Source of the DNA: Myxococcota bacterium
GTDB taxonomy: Bacteria > Myxococcota_A > Polyangia > Nannocystales > Nannocystaceae
Direction: 5' to 3'
NCBI GenBank assembly: GCA_039028615.1
Contig: JBCCHT010000026.1
Coordinates: 140,994 to 204,993, forward strand
Length of the DNA: 64,000 nucleotides
Positions 36,791-46,959 of this stretch are shown here, piece after piece (within the stretch, counting starts at the first letter, position 1; each line of letters opens with the position of its first letter). The translations under genes and the position numbers were made by a program. Below the pieces are notes generated by a model. The model did no database searches. It had not been told where the DNA came from and was given only the letters and a program-made list of their open reading frames with translations.

Positions 36791-37981
36791 GTGGACTACT
36801 TCGACCGCTTGGGCGCCAGCCTGCAAGACGCGTGGAGCGAGCGCGGGCGCCTCGAAGAGCACTTTCCCGACGCGGCGGTCGAGGTGCTCCAGCGCATGCC
36901 GCCCGCGGAGGCGCTCGATCGGGAGTCGTTGCTCGACCACCTGCTCGACCCTCGCCGACCGACCTCGATGCAGCTGGCGCCGCAGGGGGCGTTCGGCCAG
37001 CCCGGGTTCACCGTGCACCACGGCCACGGCTTTTCGATCGAGGTCTACCACTGGCTCGAGTCGCTCTCGGCCATCCACAACCATCCCTTCTGTGGCGCGT
37101 TCACCATCCTGCACGGGCACTCGGTCCACGCGCGCTACGAGGTGGGCCCGATGAGTGCCCGGGGCGGCCGAGCGTATCGGACCACGGTACGACTCTCCGC
37201 GCTGGAGCTGGTGCGACCCGGCGACGTGGTGCCCTTCTCGCTGGAGCGTCACCCGCTGGTGCACGCCCTCGTGCACGTGCCTCGGTCGTCGATCTCGATG
37301 GTCGTACGAACCTCGCGGACGGAGGGCTATTTTCGCTACTTGCCGCCCGGGATTGCGCTGCCCATGGAAGGCGCGGGAGAGCCTCGCGACCGGCAGCTCG
37401 CTCTGCTCGAGTCGCTGGCGGCCACGGGCGATCCTCGGCTATCGGTTCGGCTCCAGGCCATGCTCGAGCACGCCGACTTCGAGCTCGCGATGCGCTTGCT
37501 CTCGGCGCACTGGCCCGGCAGCGCTCCGCAGCCGCGCGCCGAGCTGCTCGCCACGGTGCGCGCCCGTTTCGGAGAGGACGCAGATGCGATGCAGGTCGTG
37601 CTCGACCGGGCGCTGCGCCTGCAAGAAGCCACCTCGGTACGCGAGGGCCTCGCCGACCCTGCGCTCCGTCTGGTGGCGACTGCCTTGGGCTATGCCGAGC
37701 TGCGCAGCCAGGTGCTCGGGTTGCTCGAAGCGGCCGGGCTCGAGCCGGTGGAGACCCTGCACCGCTTCGTGGACGAAGCAGGGCTCTACGACGAGGGCGA
37801 GGAAGCTTCGGCCATCATCGCCCATGTGCTGGTCGAAGGCGGCGGCGCACCGCAGGCGCTCGAGCGCCTGCGCACCGTGTACGAGGCCACGGCGATCGAG
37901 GGCCACGAAGCCGAGGTCGAGGAGTACTGCCGCGCGTCGATCTTTGCCGTGCTCGGCGAGGATCAACCCTCGCGCAAATAG
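36791..37981 (+). CDS. Hypothetical protein with cupin (cysteine-dioxygenase-like) His motif and helical C-terminus
   Basis: IHNHPFCGAF...HALVH. Confidence 0.65.
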   Translation: MDYFDRLGASLQDAWSERGRLEEHFPDAAVEVLQRMPPAEALDRESLLDHLLDPRRPTSMQLAPQGAFGQPGFTVHHGHGFSIEVYHWLESLSAIHNHPFCGAFTILHGHSVHARYEVGPMSARGGRAYRTTVRLSALELVRPGDVVPFSLERHPLVHALVHVPRSSISMVVRTSRTEGYFRYLPPGIALPMEGAGEPRDRQLALLESLAATGDPRLSVRLQAMLEHADFELAMRLLSAHWPGSAPQPRAELLATVRARFGEDADAMQVVLDRALRLQEATSVREGLADPALRLVATALGYAELRSQVLGLLEAAGLEPVETLHRFVDEAGLYDEGEEASAIIAHVLVEGGGAPQALERLRTVYEATAIEGHEAEVEEYCRASIFAVLGEDQPSRK

Positions 37982-38700
37982 TCGTGGGCGACCTCGCCGA
38001 AGGTCAGCGTGAAGTTGGTGTGGACTTCCACCGCCCCCAGGACCTCCTTGGGTGCGATGGCTCCCAGCGGATCGTTGGGCGTACTCCGTAGCTCGACCTT
38101 CGCACCTCCGGCCCGGGCTCCCATGATCTCCACATCCTGAAGCACGGTGGAGGTCAGCTGCATGACATCGGGCGGCGCTCCTTCACGCACCGACGGGACG
38201 AGCTTGAGGTTGAAGAAGGTCGGATTGAAGGGCACATCGGAGGGGGCAATCTCGGGCCCGAGCTCGAGCACCGACTCGATGATCGCGCTGCCACCCCGCT
38301 CGACTCGGGTGGCGATCTGGCCATCTCCTTCGATTCCGATGGTGGCGAGCTTCTTGGGAAAGCCCCAGATCTCCCGCCCCGCGCCCATGGGGTTGTCCTG
38401 GTCGAGGTACATATACGCCGTGAATGCGCCTTCGACCCCGTTGAGGCTCGAAGGCACCAATAGCGCCACTTCGTGGTAGGTGCCGAACACGTCTGCGGTG
38501 AGGCGGTTGACCATCAACGCCGCCTGGCCATCGGGGTTGGGGACGAGGGGGGCAGGGACCAAGGCCGCCAACGCATCGCGATTGGCCGCAACGAACGAGA
38601 TCAGCTGAAGCCGACTGTCGGTATAGCGACACGGCGGTCGTTGGTACAAAGGAGCATCCTGGGGAACGCAATATCCGTGCGTCTTGTTGACCATCACCAT
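37963..38700 (-). CDS. Acetoacetate decarboxylase family protein
   Basis: YHEVAL, GREIWGFPKK (Schiff-base Lys); RBS GGGAG before ATG 38700. Confidence 0.9.
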   Translation of the reverse strand: MVMVNKTHGYCVPQDAPLYQRPPCRYTDSRLQLISFVAANRDALAALVPAPLVPNPDGQAALMVNRLTADVFGTYHEVALLVPSSLNGVEGAFTAYMYLDQDNPMGAGREIWGFPKKLATIGIEGDGQIATRVERGGSAIIESVLELGPEIAPSDVPFNPTFFNLKLVPSVREGAPPDVMQLTSTVLQDVEIMGARAGGAKVELRSTPNDPLGAIAPKEVLGAVEVHTNFTLTFGEVAHDYLREG

Positions 38701-38869
38701 TTCTCCCGGTCGTCGCAGCACTACGAGCGACGATCGTCTCGGTTATAGATTGACGAGGGATCGGGGCGCAGGCCCAAATCCGACAATCGAAGAACTGAAG
38801 TAGCGCAAAAACTATGGCGGTGCTCGGAACCGCTCGCCGCGGTCGATCTCTAGCGGGACTTACGGGTCG

Positions 38870-39892
38870 TCAGCCGCGACAACACAACGTGTACTCGGAG
38901 TCGGTCGTGGTCGGCGGCGCTTCGATGATGCCTGCGGATTGGCATGCGGGCTCTACCTCATAGCCGATGGCGTAGTAGATGATTCCCGGCGGCGCCGGGC
39001 TGCAGACCGCATTGGCGGGCAGGGCCGCGATGGGGGCGTTGTCGCAGCTGCCCCCCGGGTACATCACCACGTCACCGCAGTCCCAGTTGCAGCCACCGCA
39101 CTCGAGGTCGCAGGAGGGGGGCGTCCACGAACCGGCCATGACCTCCCGATCGCCGTACTCTCCGGGGCATTCGTGTCGGCCTTCGGCCAGCAGACACGCG
39201 GCCGTCTCGGGGGCGCACCAGTTGCCGTCGCCGCAGTTGGGCGCGACTTCGTTGAGCTGACAGACCAGCTGGTCACGCGGGGGAGTGACCGGCACCAGGA
39301 ACGTGTCGGGGGAGCAGGGGGGGGCGACGAGATCGGCGTAGTAGTTGCCCTCGACGAGCGAGCCCGAGGTGAGTCCGCATCCGCTGTTGTCGACTTGCAG
39401 GTTGTCGCACCCGGGGGTGTTGAGCTGCCAGCTGAGACCACAGGTGCCGAAGGTCTCGTTGCAGTCACAGTCGCAATCGAACTCCGGCTCGGTGGTGAGC
39501 AGGGCGAAGGTGTCGCTGCCGGTAGGACACAGATCGTTGTTGTCCTTCGGCGGGATCATGACGGGGAGCCAACCGCCGGGGATCGGCTCGCAGGTCATGT
39601 CCGGGGGGCACTCGCCGGTCGGCGGCAGGCCCATGTCGATGGGCAACACGCCTTCGTCGGTGCTCTCGTCGATGGGGCCGTCGGTGGTGGTCGGGCCCTT
39701 GGTGCTGTTCGTCGTCGCGGGAGTGGGCGGCGATGTGGTTGTGCCCCCGGTCGCGGTGGTGGCGGAGCCGGCGGTCATCCCGTTGGCGCCCGTGTCGTTG
39801 GCCACCGCCATGTACTCTGGGTTTTCTCGGGCCCAGCACGCGGACGTCAGCACGAGCATCCAGAGACCGGCGTGAACTCCACGACTACCCAC
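38870..39892 (-). CDS. Cys-rich lipoprotein
   Basis: LTSAC lipobox, Thr-rich linker, many Cys, ends TLCCRG. The start is inferred. Confidence 0.7.
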   Translation of the reverse strand: MGSRGVHAGLWMLVLTSACWARENPEYMAVANDTGANGMTAGSATTATGGTTTSPPTPATTNSTKGPTTTDGPIDESTDEGVLPIDMGLPPTGECPPDMTCEPIPGGWLPVMIPPKDNNDLCPTGSDTFALLTTEPEFDCDCDCNETFGTCGLSWQLNTPGCDNLQVDNSGCGLTSGSLVEGNYYADLVAPPCSPDTFLVPVTPPRDQLVCQLNEVAPNCGDGNWCAPETAACLLAEGRHECPGEYGDREVMAGSWTPPSCDLECGGCNWDCGDVVMYPGGSCDNAPIAALPANAVCSPAPPGIIYYAIGYEVEPACQSAGIIEAPPTTTDSEYTLCCRG

Positions 39893-40167
39893 GGACTTCA
39901 GACTACCAGCGAGCCGTGGCACACAGGGCGCGTGATGGCGACAGAGGCCGCGGCCCATTGCTGGCCACCGTCGATCGACGCCACGAAGGGCCGCGCGTGG
40001 TGTTCGTAATGACGTTCGATCCTCCAATCGTCCTTCCAAGTGGCAGTGCCCTCCGGTGAAGTTTCCACTCACCGCCGGTCGATTTTTTTACGATCGCCGA
40101 GGCTCGCTCCAGGTCGCCTGCCGTCGGGGCTTCTCGTATCGCGCCGATTTCGCAGCGCGGGGGCGGA

Positions 40168-40935
40168 TCAGCACCCGTTCGCTTCACATGCGCAGGCCGA
40201 GCCAGAGGCCTGCACGTCGGGGCCATCGTCCTGGCTCTGGTTGCAGGACACGATGCTGTCGTTGGACCCGCACTGGAATTCGAGCTGGTCGCAGGTCTGG
40301 TTGTCGCCGCGGCACGACACGGCGCACGGACCGTCGCCACACTGCACCACCGCCTGCTGGCATGCCTGGTTCCCGCCGCAGGCGACGCTGCACTCGTGCG
40401 CGGTGGGGCACTGAATGGTTGCTTGCTGACAGGCCTGATTGCCCTGGCAGGTGACCTCGCAGGCGTTGCCGGGGGGGCAGACGATCGAGTCGCCCTGACA
40501 GGACTGGCTGCTCCCGCAGTCGATTCCGCAGACCCCGTCCGTGCAGGAATCGCAGCCCATGGGACAGCCCATCGGGCTCATGGGGGCCGTGCCGCACGCG
40601 GGTCCGTCGGTGGTGGAGCCTTCGCCCTCGTCGGTGCTCCCGCCCACGCCCTCGGTGGTACCGCCGTCGTCTTCCGTGGAGTCGCCGACTCCCTGCGTCG
40701 TCTCGCTGGTCTCGCCGTCATCGGCGTCGGTGGTGGGCGTCGCCGAGGTATTGTCGCCGCTGGCCGACATGCCGCCGCTGCCCACCGCAGACGTCGCGAC
40801 GGATGCATCGGTGGTGCCGCGGGTCGACCCGGTCGAGTCGCCATCGCCGGGCTGCTGCGCCGAGCTGCTCCCTTGTCCTCCGGCGTTGGGACTGCATCCG
40901 AGCAGGAGCAGCAGACCCAACGCCAGACAACGCAT
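40168..40935 (-). CDS. Cys-rich repeat lipoprotein
   Basis: LLGC lipobox; repeats CxVxCxGNQACQQAxxQC. Confidence 0.75.
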   Translation of the reverse strand: MRCLALGLLLLLGCSPNAGGQGSSSAQQPGDGDSTGSTRGTTDASVATSAVGSGGMSASGDNTSATPTTDADDGETSETTQGVGDSTEDDGGTTEGVGGSTDEGEGSTTDGPACGTAPMSPMGCPMGCDSCTDGVCGIDCGSSQSCQGDSIVCPPGNACEVTCQGNQACQQATIQCPTAHECSVACGGNQACQQAVVQCGDGPCAVSCRGDNQTCDQLEFQCGSNDSIVSCNQSQDDGPDVQASGSACACEANGC

Positions 40936-41046
40936 GGATCCCAGCCTACCGGAGATCATGGCCCGAATCACCCATTCGTTGAGCCCGGGCACCATTGGTA
41001 TTGCCGCTTGCGAGGATGGCCTTCGGCGGGGAAGGATGCAGGGGTC

Positions 41047-42423
41047 GTGAAGTCCGTCGTTGCGTGGTCCGTCGTGATCCTGGCCGGTTGCCTCGGTGGC
41101 TGCGGTCGGACCGATCCGATCGCGCTATTGGATGCGTCGATGCCCGACACCGGGGGCGAGGAAGGCGAGTCCACGACGGCGGCCGATTCGTTCGCCGACG
41201 ACTCGAACGCCGACACCGCCGCGGACACCGGACCCGTGGTCACCACGACTCCGCCTCCCCCGGTGACCACGACCGATCCCGGCGGTGAGGTGGATACGGG
41301 GCCGATGACCAACTGCGGCAACGCGGTCATCGAATTCGACGAGCTGTGCGATGGACCCGAGCTCGGGGGCGAGGACTGCGTCTCGCAGGGCTTCGGCGAT
41401 GGCGTGCTGCTGTGCACCGACGACTGCCTGGGCTTCGATCCGGTGCTGTGCGAGGAGCCGAGCTGCGGCAACGGGATCCTCGAGGGCGAAGAGGCCTGCG
41501 ACGGGACCGACCTGGGCGGTGTCACCTGTGAGGATCTCGGCTTCGGCCCGGGAATCCCCAACTGCACGATCGGGTGCACGGGCTTCGACGTCACCCCCTG
41601 CATCGGCGCGCGCTGTGGAGACGGGATCGTCCATGCCACCGAGGTCTGCGACGGGCTCGACCTGAAGGGCGAGACCTGCGTGAGCCAGGGCTTCGACGGC
41701 GGCGTGTTGAGCTGCGCGGCGGGGTGCCAGGACTTCGAGTACGGCAACTGCTTCCAATGCGGCGACGGCTTCATCGATCCGGGCGAGGTGTGCGACGGCG
41801 CGGACCTGGGCGGCAACAGCTGCCTGGCCCAGGGCTTCGATGGTGGGGCGCTGGCGTGTGCCTCCGATTGCGGGGGCTTCGACATCACCGGGTGCATCAG
41901 CCTCACCTGCGGCAACGACCTCATCGATGGCGCCGAGGTCTGCGATGGCCCCGACTTGGCCGGCCAGGATTGCGCGTCGTTGGGCCTCGGCACGGGCGAG
42001 CTGGCGTGCGACGCCGGGTGCACCAGCCTCGACACCTCCGGTTGTTTGTTCTGCGTCGAAGAAGACATCGGCACGGCCACTGGACCCGGCGTGGCGACGG
42101 GCAATACCGATCTCGAGGACGACGACCTGCCCCAGAGCTGTGCGGCGGGAGGCAGCGCCGACCGGGTCCTGCTGTTCACGGCGACCGACGCGGGCGACTA
42201 CGCCTTCGACACCAACGGCTCGGACTACGACACGGCCCTCACCGCGTTCGCGAGCTGTGACCCGGGCTCCCAGCTGGCGTGTGACGACGACGGCGGCACC
42301 GGGACCGACTCGCGCATCGTGGTGGACCTCGCGGCGGGTCAGTCGGTGTTGATCGTGGTCGACGGCTGGTCGGGCAGCACGGGGGACTGGATCCTCAACA
42401 TCGAGCCTCCCTCGCTGCCCTGA
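41047..42423 (+). CDS. Cys-rich repeat lipoprotein with C-terminal PPC-like beta domain
   Basis: Five CGxGxxxxxExCDGxDLGGxxCxxxGFxxGxLxC repeats; DTNGSDYDT...ACDDD...IVVDG. Confidence 0.8.
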   Translation: MKSVVAWSVVILAGCLGGCGRTDPIALLDASMPDTGGEEGESTTAADSFADDSNADTAADTGPVVTTTPPPPVTTTDPGGEVDTGPMTNCGNAVIEFDELCDGPELGGEDCVSQGFGDGVLLCTDDCLGFDPVLCEEPSCGNGILEGEEACDGTDLGGVTCEDLGFGPGIPNCTIGCTGFDVTPCIGARCGDGIVHATEVCDGLDLKGETCVSQGFDGGVLSCAAGCQDFEYGNCFQCGDGFIDPGEVCDGADLGGNSCLAQGFDGGALACASDCGGFDITGCISLTCGNDLIDGAEVCDGPDLAGQDCASLGLGTGELACDAGCTSLDTSGCLFCVEEDIGTATGPGVATGNTDLEDDDLPQSCAAGGSADRVLLFTATDAGDYAFDTNGSDYDTALTAFASCDPGSQLACDDDGGTGTDSRIVVDLAAGQSVLIVVDGWSGSTGDWILNIEPPSLP

Positions 42424-42447
42424 GCGGCGGCGGAAAACCGGGGTAGA

Positions 42448-43344
42448 GTGCGAGCCGTGTCCGGCCGCGTGCTGAACCTGCTCCACCGGTACTACACCAC
42501 GACCCGGCCCAACCCGCGGGTCCTGGAACTGTGTGGAGCCACCGAGCCCGACACGCCCTATACGGCCGAGCGCGACGAAGACCTCACGGTGATCCTCAAC
42601 GGCTGGGCGCGCCCGGAGTACCTGCCGCTGGTGTGGGAGGGGATTCAGTATCAGACCCGTCGCCCGGCCCAGACGTGGATCGTGCAGAACGGGCCGGGCA
42701 AGTTGGCCGCGGTGCCCCGTGAGTTCTTTGCGTCCGTTCGCGAGCACCACACGCGGATCATCGACTCCGACCTCAACCTCGGGTGCTGGTTTCGCTTCAT
42801 CTTGGCCGCCCTGTACTGCCGCACGCGCTATGTGGCGATCTTCGACGACGACACCCTGCCCGGGTGCGAGGCCTTGGCTGCGGCCCTGACCGATCTGCAC
42901 GCGCGCCCGGGCATCTACGGTGGTCGCGGCATCATCTACGTCGACGAAGGAGGTCCGCCGCGGTTTTGGGCCCACGAGGTCGCGGGGTGGCCGGCGGGGA
43001 CGCCCGAGGCCACGCGGGTCGATTTCGTGGGGCATGCGTGGGTCATGGAGACGGCCTGGCTGCGTCGCATGCTGCCGCTATTGCCCTCGACCTTCCTCGA
43101 CGCGGCCGAGCCCGGTCGCCAGTGTGGTGAGGACATGTTCCTGTCGTTCGCGGGACAAAAACTCGGCGTGCCGACCTTTGTGTGGGGGCACGGAGCGACC
43201 TGCAACGCCCGCTGGTCGAGCCTGCAGGCCCTCGAGATGGGGTGCCACGAAAACTCGATCAGCATGTCCGGGGGGCTGGCTGGGGGCGACGAACACCTGC
43301 GCGAGCTCCTGGCCGCGGGCTGGCGACTGCTTCGATTCCAATGA
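42448..43344 (+). CDS. GT-A fold (GT2-like) glycosyltransferase
   Basis: LTVILNGWAR, YVAIFDDD (DxD), VDFVGHAW, GEDMFLS. Confidence 0.75.
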   Translation: MRAVSGRVLNLLHRYYTTTRPNPRVLELCGATEPDTPYTAERDEDLTVILNGWARPEYLPLVWEGIQYQTRRPAQTWIVQNGPGKLAAVPREFFASVREHHTRIIDSDLNLGCWFRFILAALYCRTRYVAIFDDDTLPGCEALAAALTDLHARPGIYGGRGIIYVDEGGPPRFWAHEVAGWPAGTPEATRVDFVGHAWVMETAWLRRMLPLLPSTFLDAAEPGRQCGEDMFLSFAGQKLGVPTFVWGHGATCNARWSSLQALEMGCHENSISMSGGLAGGDEHLRELLAAGWRLLRFQ

Positions 43345-43382
43345 GCGTGGCGCGTCGCGAGCGATGTCGCTAGATTTTGCCC

Positions 43383-44195
43383 GTGTCGTTCGGCCGCCAC
43401 CTCGAGCAGTTCCTCGGCCACCTCGCGGGCGGGGGCTCGATGACGCTGGTGCGCTACGGCGATGGCGAGCGCTGCATCATGCAGGGGGCGGAGATCAGCA
43501 CCATGGGGACCAACCGGCACTGGTGCTGGCGTCCGAGCCTGGGCATCTCTTCGCCTCGCATCACCGAGGACCTCGCCGCAACCTTGGCCGTCGATCGCCC
43601 CGGCTACTACGTGGGCATCAGCTGTCCCTGCTGCAACGAGCCCGACCATCGGTTTTACATGGACCGGCTCCCTGCCGCGCGTCGGCGCAGTCGGGTGACC
43701 TACGCGAACCTGTTCTCCAACGGGAACTACCCCGCGCTGGCCGAGGGCTTCGTGCCGGCGTTGCGTGCCGCGGGGCGCCCCGTGGTGTTGGTGAGCAACT
43801 GGGACCGCGACTACGACCGCGCCCGGCAGGTGCTCGCGGGGCTCGAGGTCTTCGCCGTGCCGCTGTCCGCCCGGGAGTTCGACGAGCCGATCCCCAATCC
43901 GGTCGGCGAGGGCTTCTACCGGGGCGGGGCGGTGCTCTGGTACTCGCAGCATCGCGACGAGGTGCGGGCCCGGGCCCGTGCGGTGGCGCGGGAGCACGCG
44001 GGCGCCATCGTGCTCGTGCAGCTGGGACCGGTCGCCAACATCATCGTGGCCGAGATGTTCGACGAGCGCCCCGAGGGCACTTACCTCGACATGGGCCACG
44101 CCCTCGACCTGCTGCTCTATGGCGAGACCTCGCGGACCTACATGGTCGGCGCGGCCGCGATGTGCCGCGACATGGACGTCGACTGGGTGTTCTAG
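43383..44195 (+). CDS. GT-D fold (DUF1792-like) glycosyltransferase
   Basis: LVRYGDGE (DxE motif) and LGPVANII...YLDMGHALD, matching GT-D RFGDGE / LGPTA...DIGH. Confidence 0.7.
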   Translation: MSFGRHLEQFLGHLAGGGSMTLVRYGDGERCIMQGAEISTMGTNRHWCWRPSLGISSPRITEDLAATLAVDRPGYYVGISCPCCNEPDHRFYMDRLPAARRRSRVTYANLFSNGNYPALAEGFVPALRAAGRPVVLVSNWDRDYDRARQVLAGLEVFAVPLSAREFDEPIPNPVGEGFYRGGAVLWYSQHRDEVRARARAVAREHAGAIVLVQLGPVANIIVAEMFDERPEGTYLDMGHALDLLLYGETSRTYMVGAAAMCRDMDVDWVF

Positions 44196-44201
44196 CTCTT
44201 C

Positions 44202-44843
44202 CTAGAGCACCCAGAAGGCGATCATCGCGAAGTGGGCAGCCAGGGCGGCGATGACGAGGGCGTGGAAGACCTCGTGGTAGCCGAAGATGCCCGGGCGGGG
44301 GTTCGGGCGCTGCATGGCGTAGATGACCGCCCCGATGGTGTACAGCGCTCCGCCCAGCAGCAGCATGGTCATGCCGCCCGCGCCCAGGACCTCGGCGAAG
44401 TCGCCCATGAGCGGGAGCGTGACCCAGCCCGCCGCCAGGTAGGACCCGGTACGAATCCACTTGGGCGCCCGGGTCCAGAACAAGTTGACGGCCATGCCGC
44501 TGGCGGCCACCGCATAGGTGGCGATGAACATGCCCTCGAGGCCCCGGTCCTTGAGGGGGATCATGAAGATCGGCGTGCAGGTGCCCATGATCAGCACGAA
44601 GATCATCGCGTGATCGAGGCGGCGAATCCGGGGGTACCAGGTGGGAGACCAGGTGACGCGGTGGTACAGCGCGCTCGTACCCAAAAGCCCGGTGACGCTC
44701 GCTCCGAAGACCAAGGCGGCCAGGCTGGCGCCGCCCAGGTTGCTCAGCACGAGTAGGATGCCCGCGATGAGCGAGACGAAGAAGGCATAAAAATGCAGCA
44801 CCCCGCGGTAGGTGGGGCGCTCATCGATGACCGCAACCGACAC
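44202..44843 (-). CDS. Hemolysin III / PAQR family membrane protein
   Basis: RGVLH, SALYH, RRLDHAMIF, GYHEVFH. The start is inferred. Confidence 0.9.
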   Translation of the reverse strand: MSVAVIDERPTYRGVLHFYAFFVSLIAGILLVLSNLGGASLAALVFGASVTGLLGTSALYHRVTWSPTWYPRIRRLDHAMIFVLIMGTCTPIFMIPLKDRGLEGMFIATYAVAASGMAVNLFWTRAPKWIRTGSYLAAGWVTLPLMGDFAEVLGAGGMTMLLLGGALYTIGAVIYAMQRPNPRPGIFGYHEVFHALVIAALAAHFAMIAFWVL

Positions 44844-44950
44844 TGCGCCGCCACGGTACACCGAGCGATCGATCGCGACTGTCACCATCCGGTCACCGTT
44901 CGGTCTGAGTTGATGTGCTGCCGATCTCCGAACGTGGCAGGATGTCGCAG

Positions 44951-45505
44951 ATGGCGCAGGGCTCCACAATCGTCAGCTTCGATGTCGCGCTCTCGGACAT
45001 CGATCGGCAGGTCTACGAGACCCTCTCGTTCAAGGTCGCCCGGCATCCCTCGGAGACCCCGTTGTTTTTGGTGACCCGGGTGATGGCCTTTGCGCTGGAG
45101 TGGACCGAGGGGCTCGCGTTTGCGCCCGATCTGTCGACGGCGGACACGCCCGCGCTGTGGGCTCACGACGCCACGGGGCTGCTGCGCGCGTGGATCGAGG
45201 TGGGTACGCCCGATGCGGCCCGTTTGCACCGGGCGCGCAAGGCCTGCGAGCGGGTGGCCGTGTATTGCCATCGCAACGTCGACACGTGGCTGCGCGGGCT
45301 CGCCGGGCAGACGGCGCACGCCCGGGACTCGATCGTCTTGCGGCAGTTCGAGCCCGAGTTCATCGCGGCGGTGATCGAGCGGCTGGAGCGACGCAATACC
45401 TGGTCGCTGTCGGTCACCGAGGGAGCGTTGTATCTCGACATCGAGCGCGGCGAAGGCAACGAGTCGCTCCAGGGGCGCGTCGAAGCGCTGGCCTGGCCAG
45501 ACTGA
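44951..45505 (+). CDS. yaeQ: YaeQ family protein
   Basis: LSDIDRQVY...ARHPSET...WIEVGTPD. Confidence 0.9.
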   Translation: MAQGSTIVSFDVALSDIDRQVYETLSFKVARHPSETPLFLVTRVMAFALEWTEGLAFAPDLSTADTPALWAHDATGLLRAWIEVGTPDAARLHRARKACERVAVYCHRNVDTWLRGLAGQTAHARDSIVLRQFEPEFIAAVIERLERRNTWSLSVTEGALYLDIERGEGNESLQGRVEALAWPD

Positions 45506-45508
45506 GTT

Positions 45509-46024
45509 CTAGCGATAGGGCTGGTGACGGATCTGGCCGAGGGTCTTTTCCAGAGCGTCGATCTCGGCCAGCAGTCGTCGTTGCCAGGGCTCGGCCTCAC
45601 CCACCGGTTCGAGCGCGGCGATGAGGCGATCGAGGGAGAAGCCGGCCTCGGCCAGGTCGCGGCGGTCGTCGGCCTCGACCCCGGCGATCGCCTGGTGCAC
45701 CTGGATGAACATGCGGCGGCCCGGGCCCACCCCGTCGCCGCCGCGGGGCGTGCGGTTCCAGTGCACGCCCACCATGCTCGCGCCGAGGTCCCCGCCCTCG
45801 TGGATCAGCGAGGCCCCCGGAGGAGCACACAGCAGCATGTCCTCGGCGGTGAGATCGCGGGTCGCGGCCCGGATGCCTTGCAGCGAGCGCAGCAGCGGGT
45901 AGAGGCGATCGTTCAGCGGCGACGGGGGCAGAGCCAGGGGCGCGGGCGCTGGTCGGTTGCGCTCGCGGACCCACATCCCGAACGCGAACAGCATGCCTCC
46001 CGCGCCGATCAGCCAGCCGATCAC
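45509..46024 (-). CDS. Hypothetical protein with N-terminal TM helix
   Basis: Hydrophobic N-terminus; fills the gap between yaeQ and the regulator gene. Confidence 0.6.
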   Translation of the reverse strand: MIGWLIGAGGMLFAFGMWVRERNRPAPAPLALPPSPLNDRLYPLLRSLQGIRAATRDLTAEDMLLCAPPGASLIHEGGDLGASMVGVHWNRTPRGGDGVGPGRRMFIQVHQAIAGVEADDRRDLAEAGFSLDRLIAALEPVGEAEPWQRRLLAEIDALEKTLGQIRHQPYR

Positions 46025-46057
46025 GGGGCAGACGATAGCGGGAGCGACGAGGTTCGC

Positions 46058-46873
46058 TCAACCGAGGACGTCGGCGGCCTGCCCCTGCACCAATCCGCGG
46101 AAGAACTGCGCGCCCGCGTCGTTGGCGGGGAAGATCAGCTCGACCCGAAGCTCGCTGATGGTGATCTCCCGCGCATGCTGGAAGCGCATCACGGTGGTGA
46201 AGGTGGAGATGCGCTGGTCGCCGATGCGAAAGCGGGCGCAGACCACGGGCGACTCGGCGTCGCTGGCGAGGCCCCGGGGGCGGGGCACGTCCTTCATGTG
46301 GGCGAGGATGCGATCGGTCAGCTCGGTGAGGCGGGGGTTGTTGGCCCGCGCCGCCTCGTGCCGACGACCATCCGCCACCGTCCACGCGACCTCGGCCCAG
46401 TTTTCGATCATGGTGCGCATGGGACCCGGACCAAAGAACTCGTCGATGGATTGCTCGGGGGACTTGTCTTCGGCACCGGGCATCAGCGCCCGAAAGCAGG
46501 CGTTGGTCATCTTCACCGTGCCGAGGCCATCGAGCGCGCAGCCGGGGTAGGGGTGATGGTGCTCGAGGATCGCCTCGACCGCGGTCTTGAACGGGCGCAG
46601 CTGCTGTTCGTCGAGGTCGCGCTGGGCGAAGGCTGGCGGCAGGCCGGCGGAGGTGAGCAGGTCGTTGCGATCGCGAACGGGCAGGTCCATGCACTCCGCC
46701 AGCCGCAGCACGAGCTCTCGCCCGGGTCGCGAGCGCCCCGTCTCGATGAACGACATGTGCCGGGGCGTGGTCTCGGCCAGGGTGGCGAGCTGGAGCTGAC
46801 TCAGCCCGCGCTGGCGCCTCCACGTTCGAAGCTGCTGTCCGAAGAGGCTCCGCGGGGGCTCGGTCCGTGCCAT
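46058..46873 (-). CDS. XRE-HTH / MmyB-like transcriptional regulator
   Basis: LRTWRRQRGLSQLQLA...RHMSFIETGRSRP; ELRVELIFPA. Confidence 0.9.
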   Translation of the reverse strand: MARTEPPRSLFGQQLRTWRRQRGLSQLQLATLAETTPRHMSFIETGRSRPGRELVLRLAECMDLPVRDRNDLLTSAGLPPAFAQRDLDEQQLRPFKTAVEAILEHHHPYPGCALDGLGTVKMTNACFRALMPGAEDKSPEQSIDEFFGPGPMRTMIENWAEVAWTVADGRRHEAARANNPRLTELTDRILAHMKDVPRPRGLASDAESPVVCARFRIGDQRISTFTTVMRFQHAREITISELRVELIFPANDAGAQFFRGLVQGQAADVLG

Positions 46874-46959
46874 GGCCCACTCAGCGTAGCCACTGGGAGG
46901 GAAGGTCGGCACTTCCCTCCGCGGGAAGGGGCGAAAAACGGCGCCCAGATGGTCTGGGC

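Noticed and set aside
41300..42050. Regularly spaced DNA repeats resembling an array
   Set aside because: They are degenerate in-frame Cys-rich protein repeats, not CRISPR repeats with spacers.
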